The position numbers and the translations under genes are program-made. The notes beneath the pieces were generated by a model. The model searched no databases. It was given only the letters and a program-made list of their open reading frames with translations, and was not told the origin of the DNA. 64,000 nucleotides of DNA from Antechinus flavipes (Eukaryota): the NCBI RefSeq assembly GCF_016432865.1, contig NC_067399.1:476966001-477030000 (forward strand), read 5' to 3'. Every line of letters starts with the position of its first letter. Positions within the stretch are counted from its first letter, which is position 1. Shown here one piece after another: positions 13,007 to 25,520 of this stretch.

Positions 13007-13232
13007 GGGATTCTTATTCTTGAATACTGGACCTTGTTTTTGTTTAGTGTATACTAAAGACAGATAAATAAGTAGATAATTTTTTTCATATAACTAATTT
13101 ACCTTTTAATCCTCTCTATTTTATTTTAGGCATTTAAAAGCATCATGTGGAGAAACAGTTTGATTGGGTATTACCCAATCAAAGATGTCCATGTGCAAAA
13201 AAAAAAAAAAAAAAAAAGAATTCATAACCCCA
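13007..13232 (+). mobile_element. Non-autonomous hAT/Charlie-type MITE
   Basis: Ends cagggattctta ... taaccccag; internal ttttattttaggcatttaaaagcat; a related copy lies reversed at 24372-24555. Confidence 0.5.
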
Positions 13233-14609
13233 GTAATAGGGATATGTTGTTTCTTTCATTCTATTGTATAATGCACATCAGTCAACAAATCTGGGTTCTT
13301 TAAGGATAACTTTTTTTTAGTTTCGGTGGCAAAGACCTAATTCTGAATTACTATCATGAATCTGTCCATTTTCACAAACAAATCCACATGACTCATTTAT
13401 TGTATACTACTTTGGTGACATGGATTGGTTGAGTCCATGAGATCATAGAACATAGAGCATTTTCTGATTTCACTCTCAGATCTTAGTCTTTCTATTGGCC
13501 AGCCAGAGATAAGCCAATTTCAGCTACATTTGACAAATACAATGACATATACTTGTCAGCTTTTACAGCAAAGTAATGTCTGCTTTTTCCTAAAAGTATT
13601 TCTATAAAATTTTAACCTGTTTATTAGGTGCTGTGAAAATACCTACCAGCTGTCTTTCTGTTCTTTGATGAGAGAGTGTTAATGTTTCTATAGCTGCCTT
13701 GGTGATAGGAACTGCTTATGGACATGTTTAGTTAACATTGTGCACATATTTGTTTGGACATCTACATCAGTTATCTTCATTTTATTATGCTGAAAGTATA
13801 CATTAAGAATATCACACAGGTGTTAATTTCTACAAATATTTCCTTCCCATTAAGCTTTGAATTCAGGTCACCACTCAGTCTCTTAATGTAGATAACATCA
13901 GCTTTCACCTTGATTGTTTAGGCTCCATGTGTGCCACATGGAGGAAATCAACATATTTGTGAAAATTGCCTTTATCCACTGGTTCAAGTTAACCTCCAGA
14001 TCAAAGCATCCTTTTTTCGATTCTTTCTTAGTGCAAAATTAAGACATTTCCACTTTCTAGTCCAAATAGCATGTTTATATATTGCAAAAAGTTTCCACAA
14101 GATAAAACCAAGTCAAATTAATAAGCATTTATTAAGTACCCATTATTTGCCAGGCACTTTGCTAAGCAATGAAAAGCGAAGATGCTGTTTAATTTTTTCC
14201 TTTAGTGAAAATACATAATTTGATGTCACTTAAGAATACCAAGTGACTAATGTAATGTTTTGTCTTAAATGCTATATAGCATTTCAGGTCTATTTAGGAA
14301 AAATAATCATAGGTTCTGGCCTAGCTAGAACATGTCTTCATGGAAACTACCAAGTTTTGTATAAACTATTCTTAACCCTGTTATATTAGTAGTGCATTTT
14401 AATTATGATCTTTGAGTCTCTTTAATATATTTGTCACACAGGACATTAGTGAGGAACTGAGTCAAAGGCTTTGTGAGAATCAGTAAAGGCAATATAAATG
14501 TTAGTACTTTTGAGTGGGTTGTTCAATGATCACTGAATCAATAATGAATTTCTTTTTACATTCCTAGAAAAGGGAGAAAACCCTTTTCTCTCCTTAGACT
14601 ATATATTGT

Positions 14610-15110
14610 TTTCTATTTCATTCGGTGACCTCATTAGCTCTCATGGGTTCAATTATCATCTCTGTGTATATGACTCCTAGATTTGCATATTCATTCTCTC
14701 TCCTGGGCTCTAGTCTTACATCATGAACTTCCTACTAGACATTTTGACTTAGATGTCTTATAGGCATTGAAAATTAAATATCCCTAAAGCACAATCCATT
14801 ATCTTTACTTTCAAATTTATCCTTCTTTCAAACTTTCCTGCAACTATAACGGACACCACTATTCTTCCACTCTCTCCAATTCACAGCCTCAATGCTGGCT
14901 TTAATGCCTCATTCTCATTCATCCACTCTTTTGCCAAAAGTTGTTCTTTATCTCTATAACCTCTCTTGCATCTGTCTCCTTCTTAATTACCCACACACCT
15001 ACCACATTAGTTTTGGTCCTCATCATTTCTCTCTACTAAAACAGCCTTCCATTTAGTTTTTCCTACCTCGAGAGCCTCTCACTCCAATCTTTCTCCAACA
15101 CAGACACTGG
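14610..15110 (+). mobile_element. L2 internal fragment
   Basis: ggtgacctcattagctctcatgggttcaattatcatctctgtgtatatgac (RT YADD-region remnant) and downstream L2 sequence. Confidence 0.7.
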
Positions 15111-15394
15111 TAGTTATGTATACTACATATACTTGTTTGTAAGAATACATATGCAAATGTATACAGAAAATAAATGCTATATAAGCATTAATTGAGTTCT
15201 TGCTGTATGCTAAGCACTGTACCAAAGACTAGAGATTCAAAAACAAAGATGATTCATTTCCTGTTTTCAAGGAGCTTATATTCTAACAGGAAGGCAACAT
15301 TGTCTTTGTTATTTATTCCTCATATTATATGTTTGGCACATTTAATGTTGCTTGCTTGCTGGATGGATTTTTAATAGCTAATTTTGATAGCTAA

Positions 15395-15600
15395 TAATGG
15401 CTAGCATTATGTAGTTCCCACTATGCACCTAGTGGACATTATGCTTAACACTTAATAAATATTATCTTTCTTGATCCTCATAACAATCCTGGGAGGCAGA
15501 TTCTTATCCCTATTTGATAGTTAAGGAAACTGAAGCAATCAGGGTTAAGTGACTTGCTTAGGATCACAGAGATTCCAGGCCCAGGGCTGTATTCAGTATG
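15395..15600 (-). mobile_element. MIR/Ther SINE
   Basis: ttgatcctcataacaatcctgggaggcag...gaaactgaagc...gttaagtgacttgct. Confidence 0.65.
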
Positions 15601-18426
15601 CAACCAAGATTCATCTCTTTCGAAGAATTCACAAGTTTTGGAGGGATCAAAGGCATATTATTATTATTGTTGCTAGAATTATGATTTTAGCATGATGAGG
15701 GACTCCCCCACTGCAGATGAGTTACTCAACACTGAGTCTCATGGCCACACAATATATTTCAGGGAATGGACTTGAACTCATTTCTTCCTTACTCCCAAGA
15801 TTGGTTATCTATTTATTTTACCATGCTGCTTTTGCACAGCTATCATCACCACCATCATCATCAATGAATTCTTAGTCTAGGCAGAATTTAACCCCTTTTT
15901 CATATGGAATCCCTTCAAGTATATGATAACACTCCCCTACCTTGCCCTTAACCTGTTCTTTTATTCTGTAAGCTAAATATTCCAAGTACTTTCATATAAC
16001 ATGGTCTCCAGCTTTTTCATTTGATTCTCTAAATACCTTTGTGATCTTAAATAAATCACTTCCCCTTTCTGTGTTTCAGCTTCTTTATGTGTAAACTAAG
16101 GACTTGGACTAGATCATCTCCGAGATCTCCTTCAGTTATAAATCTAGTCTATGAGCTTGTGATGTAGCAAACATAGGCAATGTCTATATACATGCACACA
16201 TATACCCACCTTGCTTTGAGATTTCTTGAAACTCCAGGAAAGTAACAGCATCAGGTCCATGGCCCTTCCTTGATCACCTTGTGCGGACTCTGTGGGTATT
16301 ATGGTAGGGACTGAAAGCCTTAGGTGGAAAGAATACAATGCTGTGTATTAGAGAATGGCAGAACAGAGCTATCCAACAAGGAGAATCGGTTTTATTATTC
16401 CAATCCAAAGGATTGATGGTGGAAGCAAGCCTGAGTTTTCACTTTCCTGTTTGTGGTTGGAAGGCTCTGCTTTAGGGAGAAACCTCAAAACATCACCAAG
16501 TGACATCATCCTTCAAAAGGGATCATCGGAGAATGCTGAGGGCTGGAGCCAGTCAGAAGAACTGACTTCACCACTTATTCACTGTGACCTGGTACAGTCA
16601 ATTCCCTTCTCTAGGCCTCAGTTTTCTTGTCTGGAAAATTAGACTGGTAGCTGAACAAGAGAAAGTACCATAAATGAATGTGATTTACTCCAGTTCTCAG
16701 ATTTAATGTAGAAACAGAGAGTATTTGGTCTCAATTTCTTGCTCCTTCAATTCTTCCAGACACACAGATTTTCCAGAAGGAGTTCTTGAAGTGACCTTGG
16801 AGAACATGTGCTCAGAGAACCTCATAATACAGATGAAGAATTGGAGGCCCAAAAGATGATAATTGAATCCCCCAACATCACAGAGGGTATAAATGGCAAA
16901 GATGGGGTTCAAATACCAGATCCTCCAACCCCAAAGACAAGGAAAGTAAAATGTTCTTGTTTTCAGGTCCTTTTTGTTGCCTGTCCACAAGCATAGGATG
17001 GTGAATGGATGGGGATAGGACTGAAAGATGAAAAGCCAAAGTCAGAGTGAGAGTAAAAGGGTTAGTCAGCTGCTGAACTCAAACAATGTGGGTGGCCAGC
17101 CTGGGTCAGTCTAGCTAATGAGCGTTTGTTTTGCTTTCTGCATGTGTCTGTTTTTGCCATACAGATTACGCTTTCAGCCTAACCCAAGTTTGTTGAAAAT
17201 GGGACTCCATCCCATTCTGGTTCGCTTTATTTCAGCCTTCGAAATAGCTTCTCTTACTCACCTGATATTGCCAGGAGGTCCAGTAGAGTAGCGGGAGAAA
17301 GAATGCATAATCTTTCAGTGCTAACTCCATCATAAAGGGTGAGGGTCATTACAGACATGTATACTGCCCAGTAGCAGCTCTGGAGTCCCCAGCTGAACCA
17401 TGGACAAACATCTGGATGGATCATGAAGAGAATGGAACTCACAAAGACCAAATATTCAGCTGTTTCCGATCTGCACTTTGGGTGTGGTAGGATTCAGGCC
17501 CTTCCCAGGATTGCTTTGCAGAAGCAATTAGAAACTGACTATTGTTCTTGTTATCATCAAGATGCAGCCCAAAGCTACCATGGAAAGCATGTAGGTGGAA
17601 AGCATGAATAGAAAATCTGGCCCCTAAGGTCAAAAAATGATGAGCTGCCCCTCAGGCCATCTGGGTAAAGTTTGGAGAATCCTAGGAGAGATTTGTGGGT
17701 GGTAGGGCACATGGCAAGGGATGCTGTTATCTGGGAAGATAAGGACCCAGTTTTGGCAATGGCATTTCAGAGTCCCCACCACTGCCACCCTGCCTGACGC
17801 TCACTTCTTAATCACTAATTCCAGGTCTCTCCAGGGGAACTAATTCCATAATATATAATGTATAAATAATTTTTTTTAATTAGGACTTGACAGAATAATT
17901 GTAAAGTTGATATTTTACTTACAAACCCTTTTCTTAGAGTCTACAAAGTGACAGCAAAGGCAAACTTTTGCTGCAGCAAAAATTTTACAAGATGTAGCAT
18001 TATTAAGAAGGAGCGAACCATATTGAGCATAATTAAATTCTCTCTGGATGTACCTGACTTCATTTTCTGAATAAGATTTCCGAGTCTAAACATGGATGTG
18101 TCAGAGGCCTGAGCAAGTTCTCAAGAAGCTTGATGAGTTTACTTTTCACCATATCCATTGGTAAAGTTAATGGCAACTCTTATGATTGGTCATTGTCCAG
18201 TGGCTCCAGGATATGTCTTGTTTAGACAGGAAATGATATTAAAAACAATTATGGCAGTTCAGGGCTTTGGAATTTGGGGAAATAGATTTACAGTATAACA
18301 GCTTCCTAAAAAGTAAAGGTATTCAGTTGACTTATTGTGTAAACCAAAGAAGTAGAGCAAATACCTGGATAGCTCAGGACTCCAAACTCACTTTAACAAG
18401 AAATACCTAGGAAATTTGTTCAAATT

Positions 18427-18462
<36 letters not shown>

Positions 18463-18669
18463 GGGGTTTGTAGTTTGGTTTGAGTAGCTTTAATTTATGT
18501 AAAGTCATAACCTAGAAGAACTCCTGGAGGAGAGAACTTACTAATTTATTGATTTAAGGTATGAAAAGAAAGATATTGTCAAAATGCTTTGGCTGGATCA
18601 AGCTAGATAAAATTGCTTCAATTCTTCAGGCATTGTCTATCCTGAAGTATCCTGAGACCAAGCAATACA

Positions 18670-18850
18670 TAAGATGTATTCATAAGATCATAAATCTGGA
18701 GCTAGAGGGCTCTCCAGGGCTACTCTGCTCCCATTTTACAGATGAGGAAACTGAGGCCCAGAAAAATGACTTGCTCAAGGTCACATAAATATTATATGTC
18801 AGAGCCAGAATTGAACCTGTGTTTTCTTACTTCAAAGCCAGTACTGTTTT
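18670..18850 (-). mobile_element. MIR3-type SINE
   Basis: catttacagatgaggaaactgaggcccagaaa-like core followed by tgacttgctcaaggtcaca. Confidence 0.7.
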
Positions 18851-19079
18851 TAACTATGCACCTACTCTCTCAGCACTGCTTTGGGCCTTCACACTGATCT
18901 CTGTAGTTTTACATTTCTCATTCTAAAGAGCTACAACTACAACAGCCACTTTCCCTCCCTCTCCAAACTCCTATTATTTTTACTTGTATACTTATTTGAT
19001 CATACCATCATCATCATCATCATCAACAACAATATTATCATCATCATCACCATCATCACCATTTTTGATAGCATTTATT

Positions 19080-19280
19080 TAGCCTTTTAAGGTTAGAAAA
19101 GTGCTTTACGTATTCTCTTTTTTTATCTCCACAATTGATTTCCTATTATTATTTCTATTTCAAAGATGAGGGAACTAAAACTGAGAAGGCTCAATGATTT
19201 GGCTAAAGTCACACAGTTAACCAGTACCTGAAGTGAGACTTGAACTCCAGGTATCCTAACTCCAAATCCCTTTGTCTACC
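19080..19280 (-). mobile_element. MIR, preceded by a (CAT)n repeat at about 19004-19060
   Basis: aagtgctttacg...gatgagggaact...aaagtcacacagtt...cttgaactccagg. Confidence 0.6.
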
Positions 19281-20014
19281 CCCTGAGTTACCTCACTGCC
19301 CTGACTTAAATCATCCCTTCCTCAAATCTGCCTTCCTCACAATAGTAAGAGGATGAACTTTGACTCTTCATGTAGATGGGGAGCTCTGGTAGGTGGACTC
19401 TTTCTCCTTTTCTCTTATCCCACTCTGGACCTAGCACGGTGCTGGGTACTAGGTAAGAGCACAACAAAGACTTTTTGATTCAGTGAATTAAATAACATAT
19501 TTGCTCTTTTAGTTCTTTAAGAATCCCATCAGCAAATAGAAAATTATCCTGATGGTTGTTCCCATATGATTTCTTATCTAACAGAGCTGTTTTGATGCCA
19601 TATGACCATGACCATCCATCCATGAGTTAACCTCAAGCTCACCACTAGTTATAGTGGCAAGTAAATCTCCTAGAGAGGTGGTGGGTCCACATTCATGACT
19701 GAGGTATTGAAAACTCATCAGAGAAGGACTTGTTCACTTTCCCCCGGGATAATCTAATTATACTCAATTGTTTTTCTCTTTCTTAATAGGTTCCATCTTG
19801 GAAGAAAATTTGCCTTTTCTGCCACTTGGTAGACTCTAAGACACCAACTTCCTTGAAATTCAGTCTGAGTTTTTCCTTATTAGTTATACTGGAATTATAT
19901 CATCACTATATTGCTAATTACATTAGTAGATTGGAATATTTTGATCTATTTAGTCTGTAAAGACAATGAATTTTGGAGGTAGGAGCCAGGTTTATAAAAT
20001 TAGCAACTGTACCA

Positions 20015-20140
20015 TCAGTGAATAGAGCACTGACCCTGGAGTCAGGAGGACAGGGTTTCAAATACAGATATTTACTAGCCATATGAACCCAGGAAAGTCA
20101 CTTAACTCCTATTGCCTTGACCACCCCCCCTTTAAAAAGA
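20015..20140 (+). mobile_element. WSINE1-like SINE
   Basis: cagtgaatagagcactgaccctggagtcaggaggacagg...aagtcacttaactcctattgcct. Confidence 0.7.
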
Positions 20141-20949
20141 GATTATAGACTTATTTATTTCACCCCAAATTCCTAGAACCAGGGAACCCCCTGGAAGCCT
20201 GAAAGAGAAGTCAGAGGTAAACGGTGGGGAAGGTGATCAGGAAAGGCTTCTAGGAAGATGACATTCATATATAGTGGTTTGCACTTTGCAAAATGCTTTC
20301 ACATTCATTGTCCTATTTAATCTTCCTAAGGAACATTTGAGACAGGCAGGACAAGAATGACTCTTTCTTGTTTACAGATGAGGAAACTAAAAGCTCAGTA
20401 AAGTGACTTGCTCAAAGGTCTGGAGAAGGAAAGGCCCTCAGAGAAGGTCTCAGCATAACCTTCACATTTTATAGCTGAGGGAGACTAAATGTCACACAAG
20501 GTTACAAGAATAATGATCATTTTTGGTGAGATTCGAAGCCAGGTATTCCAACTCCAGATTAAGGCCCAAGATGATCAAGCTAGTAAGTGTAGGCACTAAA
20601 TTTAAACTAACGTCCCTTGATTCCAAACACACTTCCTGTGATTATCATTTTATACAAGCTAGAACTGGAAAATTGGATTACAGAATCTATGAGCTTGGCA
20701 CTGAAAAAGATCTTGGAGAAAACTTAGTATTTTGGGGAATGAGAGATTGACAAAGCATTTTTAAAGGTCACAAGGCAGGAAGGTTCCAAGAGGAGGAATC
20801 CTGGATTCCAAAATCAGAGGATATGGGTGCAAAAAACTGCTCTTGTTACTCCCCATCTATAAGACTTTGAACAAATCATTTAATATCTCTGGGCTTCTAC
20901 AATTTTCTCATCTGTGAAGTGGAGAATCAAGCTAGATAGCCTATGAGGG

Positions 20950-21350
20950 TTCTTCCAAAGGGACCTCAAATTTAACATATGCAAAATAGAACTAATTATG
21001 TTCCCCCTCTCATATCCCACTCCTTCTGAACTTCCTTATTAAAGCCTAGAGCATTATCATATTTCCAGTCCCCCAGTAGTGTTCTGTCTCACCATAGCAC
21101 TCACATAACCCATATCCTAGTTCAGGTCCTCATCACTTCTCACCTGGATTATTATAATAGTATTATATTTGGTTTCTCTACCTGACTCTCCTCATTCCAA
21201 ACCATCTTCCTCCCAGCATAAAAGTGATTTTCCTAAAGTATGGGTTTGATTATATCACTCCTTCCCTATCCAATAAACTCCAGTGGCTCATTACTTCTGG
21301 AATTCATCTTTACCATCCCTTTTGTCCCAAAGTCAGAATATAGGTTCAAA
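20950..21350 (+). mobile_element. L2 fragment
   Basis: ttcaggtcctcatcacttctcacctggattattataatag...aaagtgattttcctaaag...caataaactccagtggctc. Confidence 0.65.
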
Positions 21351-21509
21351 GGTCCAGTGTCTGACCTTAAATAATATCTCATGTTTTTACATATTTCCAA
21401 ACCAACTTTCCCCTGTGCCCATTTGGCTGGTTAGATCTTCCAGTGACATCTAACAATGACGTGTGTATTCCATAGTTTTGTGAAAAGTACTGTTGGACAA
21501 ATATTGCCA

Positions 21510-22504
21510 NNNNNNNNNNNNNNNNNNNNNNNNNNNNNNNNNNNNNNNNNNNNNNNNNNNNNNNNNNNNNNNNNNNNNNNNNNNNNNNNNNNNNNNNNNN
21601 NNNNNNNNNNNNNNNNNNNNNNNNNNNNNNNNNNNNNNNNNNNNNNNNNNNNNNNNNNNNNNNNNNNNNNNNNNNNNNNNNNNNNNNNNNNNNNNNNNNN
21701 NNNNNNNNNNNNNNNNNNNNNNNNNNNNNNNNNNNNNNNNNNNNNNNNNNNNNNNNNNNNNNNNNNNNNNNNNNNNNNNNNNNNNNNNNNNNNNNNNNNN
21801 NNNNNNNNNNNNNNNNNNNNNNNNNNNNNNNNNNNNNNNNNNNNNNNNNNNNNNNNNNNNNNNNNNNNNNNNNNNNNNNNNNNNNNNNNNNNNNNNNNNN
21901 NNNNNNNNNNNNNNNNNNNNNNNNNNNNNNNNNNNNNNNNNNNNNNNNNNNNNNNNNNNNNNNNNNNNNNNNNNNNNNNNNNNNNNNNNNNNNNNNNNNN
22001 NNNNNNNNNNNNNNNNNNNNNNNNNNNNNNNNNNNNNNNNNNNNNNNNNNNNNNNNNNNNNNNNNNNNNNNNNNNNNNNNNNNNNNNTTAGCATTTCCTT
22101 ATTCTGATTTATTGACAATGACACACCTAGCAACAGTCTTTTCTGCCAAGGCAGGGAAGTAATGGACTTGGTGTGGGGGGGNNNNNNNNNNNNNNNNNNN
22201 NNNNNNNNNNNNNNNNNNNNNNNNNNNNNNNNNNNNNNNNNNNNNNNNNNNNNNNNNNNNNNNNNNNNNNNNNNNNNNNNNNNNNNNNNNNNNNNNNNNN
22301 NNNNNNNNNNNNNNNNNNNNNNNNNNNNNNNNNNNNNNNNNNNNNNNNNNNNNNNNNNNNNNNNNNNNNNNNNNNNNNNNNNNNNNNNNNNNNNNNNNNN
22401 NNNNNNNNNNNNNNNNNNNNNNNNNNNNNNNNNNNNNNNNNNNNNNNNNNNNNNNNNNNNNNNNNNNNNNNNNNNNNNNNNNNNNNNNNNNNNNNNNNNN
22501 NNNN
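21510..22504. other. Two assembly gaps (21510-22087 and 22182-22504) with a 94-bp island between
   Basis: N runs. Confidence 0.98.
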
Positions 22505-22969
22505 TCGAGCTTCTAATTAGGCTTCTTCAAGACTAAAAGGATAAAAGGAAAAAATAAGAGCAAGAGAATGAAGCAGGTAGCTGGGCTCCCATAAAGCACA
22601 CATGCTTTAAAAGCTCCAGTTAAATAGCTTTAAGCTTAAGTGTGTTTAAGATAAGAATTTAGAAACATTTATTCACTTTTATCCATGACCTGGTGGTTTA
22701 GGCTTTTGTGGAGTAATTGGGAGATGAGCGAGGCCCATGGCTCCCTTTGCCCTCCTTCTGCAACAGTCCGGCCTCTTGGATGTAATCTACTAATAATACC
22801 TTTGTTTAGTAATGTCAACAACCATTCATCATGGGCTGCAGATGGAAGGGGAGCAGGACTTCCAGGGGACTCCCCAGTGGCTCCTCAGAGCCCACCACAG
22901 GAGGCCTGGGGCTGAGACAAGGCTAAGAGTGGGGGGAAGCAAGATGGAAGAGAGCTATGATATACTCAC

Positions 22970-23005
22970 CGGACTCACCCACCGTCTGTCCCCTGTCACG
23001 GCCAT
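22970..23005 (-). other. Possible short first coding exon (MAVTGDRRW[VSP]) with tandem GTGAGT donors
   Basis: Minus strand ACAAACATGG (strong Kozak) at 23005; donors after 22979 and 22970, both phase 0; peptide not recognised. Confidence 0.25.
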
Positions 23006-23369
23006 GTTTGTGCCAGAGAGAAGCTGGGGGAGGTGGACCACATCAGAGTGGCCAAGGGGCCTCCTTGAGATGACTTCTGGATCTCCCAGGGACAGGGCAT
23101 TAGTTGGCTGACTGGATTGTGCCCCAGGTAAAATGGGTGGGAACACATAACATGCATCCGTATCACCAGTGGTCCAAGACAAGGCTCATTTGTAATCCGT
23201 GGCCTACACTACAGAATCTGTATTTCTCCGGGGAGGGACATGCAGCACCTGGTGCCTTGGGTGCTTAGTCCCAAGCCCTGGCATGAGGCAACTTCACCAG
23301 GATTAAACGGCCTATTTAATTCATGTTCAATACATATTTGCTATTCCACAAATCCATCCGTCCTCTCCT

Positions 23370-23740
23370 CACTGGCGATATAGCCCGTCTGCTTAGTTTT
23401 TAAAGCCCTTCACAACGTGACTTCAACCTACTTTTTCAGCTTCATTGTGTATTGCTTTGCCTCTTACACTCTATAATCCAGACATATTGGTCTAATTACT
23501 GTTCCTCTATATACTTCATCTCCCTGTCCCCCAAGTCTGTGATGCACTCATTTCTCATCCCCATCACACAACCATCCTCCTTTCCATGAAGCCTTTCCTG
23601 TTGCCTCTCTAATGCTTCCCCCTTACCCAAACTACCTTAGGCTTATTTGAATGTATTATTTCATATGGAACATATATCTATACATATCCACTGCTGTGGA
23701 GGCTAACACCAGCGGGTGCCTGGAAGGGAGAGGAAAAAGG
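23370..23740 (+). mobile_element. L2 3' fragment
   Basis: ttttaaagcccttcacaac...gaagcctttcctg...ttgttgattgattg. Confidence 0.6.
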
Positions 23741-24289
23741 TGAAAGGAGAGGGATTTTTCATTCTTTACATAAGTGCTTGTTGATTGATTGAGCCTTCTG
23801 AGAGACAAAGAGGAATACGGAGTTATCCCTGCCCTCACAAAACTTATAGTCTATGTAGACCTTAAAGTTTTATAAAACTGTCCCCACAAATTAGTAATAA
23901 TTAACAGCATTTGTATTTTATAGATGAGGAGGAACCCAAGGCTCATATAAAAGGATTAAGTAGTTTGCCAACCATCATGAATAGTAAATGATGAAGGGAA
24001 GATTCAAACCCAGATCTCTAGAGTTCAAGTCTAATTCTTTCTGTACTCCACCGACCTTCCTCTCAGTATGTATCTACAAACTATCTCCCCAAAGTAAGAC
24101 GAATTAATTACTATAAAAGAGTGAAGGGCCAGAGGGCAAATAAAGAATTCTGGGGTTCGTAGAGGCTGAGCTCCCTTCCTGCTGAAAGTAAAATGTCTAA
24201 ATCTTTCCCAGTGATACATTAGGAAGAACAAATGGCTGTGGAGGATATTCAAGTCATGCAATAGAAATTAAAGGTCAGAAAGAGTCACA

Positions 24290-24790
24290 AAATCTGAGAG
24301 TTGGAAGGGATGCCAGGGTTCAACTTGTCCCTGCTATATCTAAACATGAAAATCATGAAAGTCCTCACAGTAAGGGATCTGATCTTGAACTTTTTTTGTG
24401 TGTCCTAGACCACTTTGGTAGACTGGTGAAAACTATGGACCTCTTCTCAGAATATTTTTTCTAAATTCATAAAATAAAATATGTAAAATTACAAAAAGAA
24501 TTAAAATTCCTTGAACTATTCATCAAAAAATTCACAGAGGTTAAGAATCTCTGCTCTGTCACACCTCCAGCAAATGATGATCCAAATACCACCTGAAATC
24601 TAAAGAAAGGACTCCTTACCTTCCAAGATAGTCAGTTCCTCTTTTGGAATGCTATAATCATTAGGAAATATGAAGTTAGAAAATCTCTTATATCAAGCCA
24701 ACGTTCAGTTCTCTCAATGCAATCCGTACCCTTGTAGTCCATCCTCCAACTGCTGAACAAAATCATCTAAGATGATATTGTCTATTACTA
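24290..24790 (-). mobile_element. L3/CR1 3' fragment interrupted by a MITE at 24372-24555
   Basis: ctgagagttggaagggat...[MITE]...tccagcaaatgatgatcc...ttttggaatgctataatcattaggaa. Confidence 0.5.
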
Positions 24791-24969
24791 AAAACTTCAA
24801 GAGAAATTGATTCCACTCTAGTACCCCTTTCCTTTGGGATTTTGGTTGTCTCTTAATGTCCCCAGCTGTCGGTTAAGGGGCAACATGATGTGGTGGTTAA
24901 AGCATGAGACTTAAATTCAGGAAGGCCTGGATTCTTATGTCAATAGATACTTATTGGCTGCCGAGGAGA

Positions 24970-25520
24970 TTTTCCTAAAGTGTCACCTTATTGTTCAATG
25001 AGCTCCAGTGTTATCTCCAGCATCAAATATAAACCTCTCTGAATGATACCTCAAGTTCTTCTTATTATGACCCTTCCAAGCTTTCTGGCCTTCTCATATC
25101 TTGCTCCTCTCATCTGTTTTACAGTTCTACATTCAGGCCTTCCTGCAGCTCCTCAAACAGCACCCTCCACTTCCTTGACTCCTTTGTACTGGCCTTCCCC
25201 CATACCTGGAATACTTTGTTCTCTCATTTCCACATCTTGGTCTACTTGGTTTCTTTCAAAAGCCAACTCAAATATCACCTTCTGTACTAGGCTTTTCCTG
25301 GCCTCCTGAGCTGCTAGAACCTCTCCTTTTCATATTACCTTTCGTTTATAAAATGTATTTATGCAATATTATATGCATTTATATGATATATACACATATA
25401 AATATAAACACATGTGTATAGATGTTCCTTATCTGGTTATTTGTGTTTCCTCCACTAGAATGTAAGCTTCATGAGGATGGAGACTATTTTTGCATTTCTT
25501 GGCATCCTTATTATTTAACA
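24970..25520 (+). mobile_element. L2 3' fragment
   Basis: gagctccagtgttatctccagcatcaaatataaac...tgactcctttgtactgg...tagaatgtaagcttcatgagg. Confidence 0.75.

Larger units (their letters stand above)
17932..19841. repeat. 37-bp inverted repeat pair, 17932-17968 and 19805-19841
   Basis: Reverse complement of left arm aaagtttgcctttgctgtcactttgtagactctaaga vs right arm aaaatttgccttttctgccacttggtagactctaaga, 33/37. Confidence 0.75.

Noticed and set aside
17922-18066. Symmetric 144-nt open minus-strand exon candidate
   Set aside because: Moderate acceptor and an unrecognised peptide; expected by chance in 64 kb.
17932-19841. DNA transposon with 37-bp terminal inverted repeats
   Set aside because: No TSD, no hAT/Tc1/piggyBac terminal motif and no transposase remnant; kept only as an inverted pair.
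21450-22536. ORFs of 115-227 aa
   Set aside because: Almost entirely X residues from assembly gaps.
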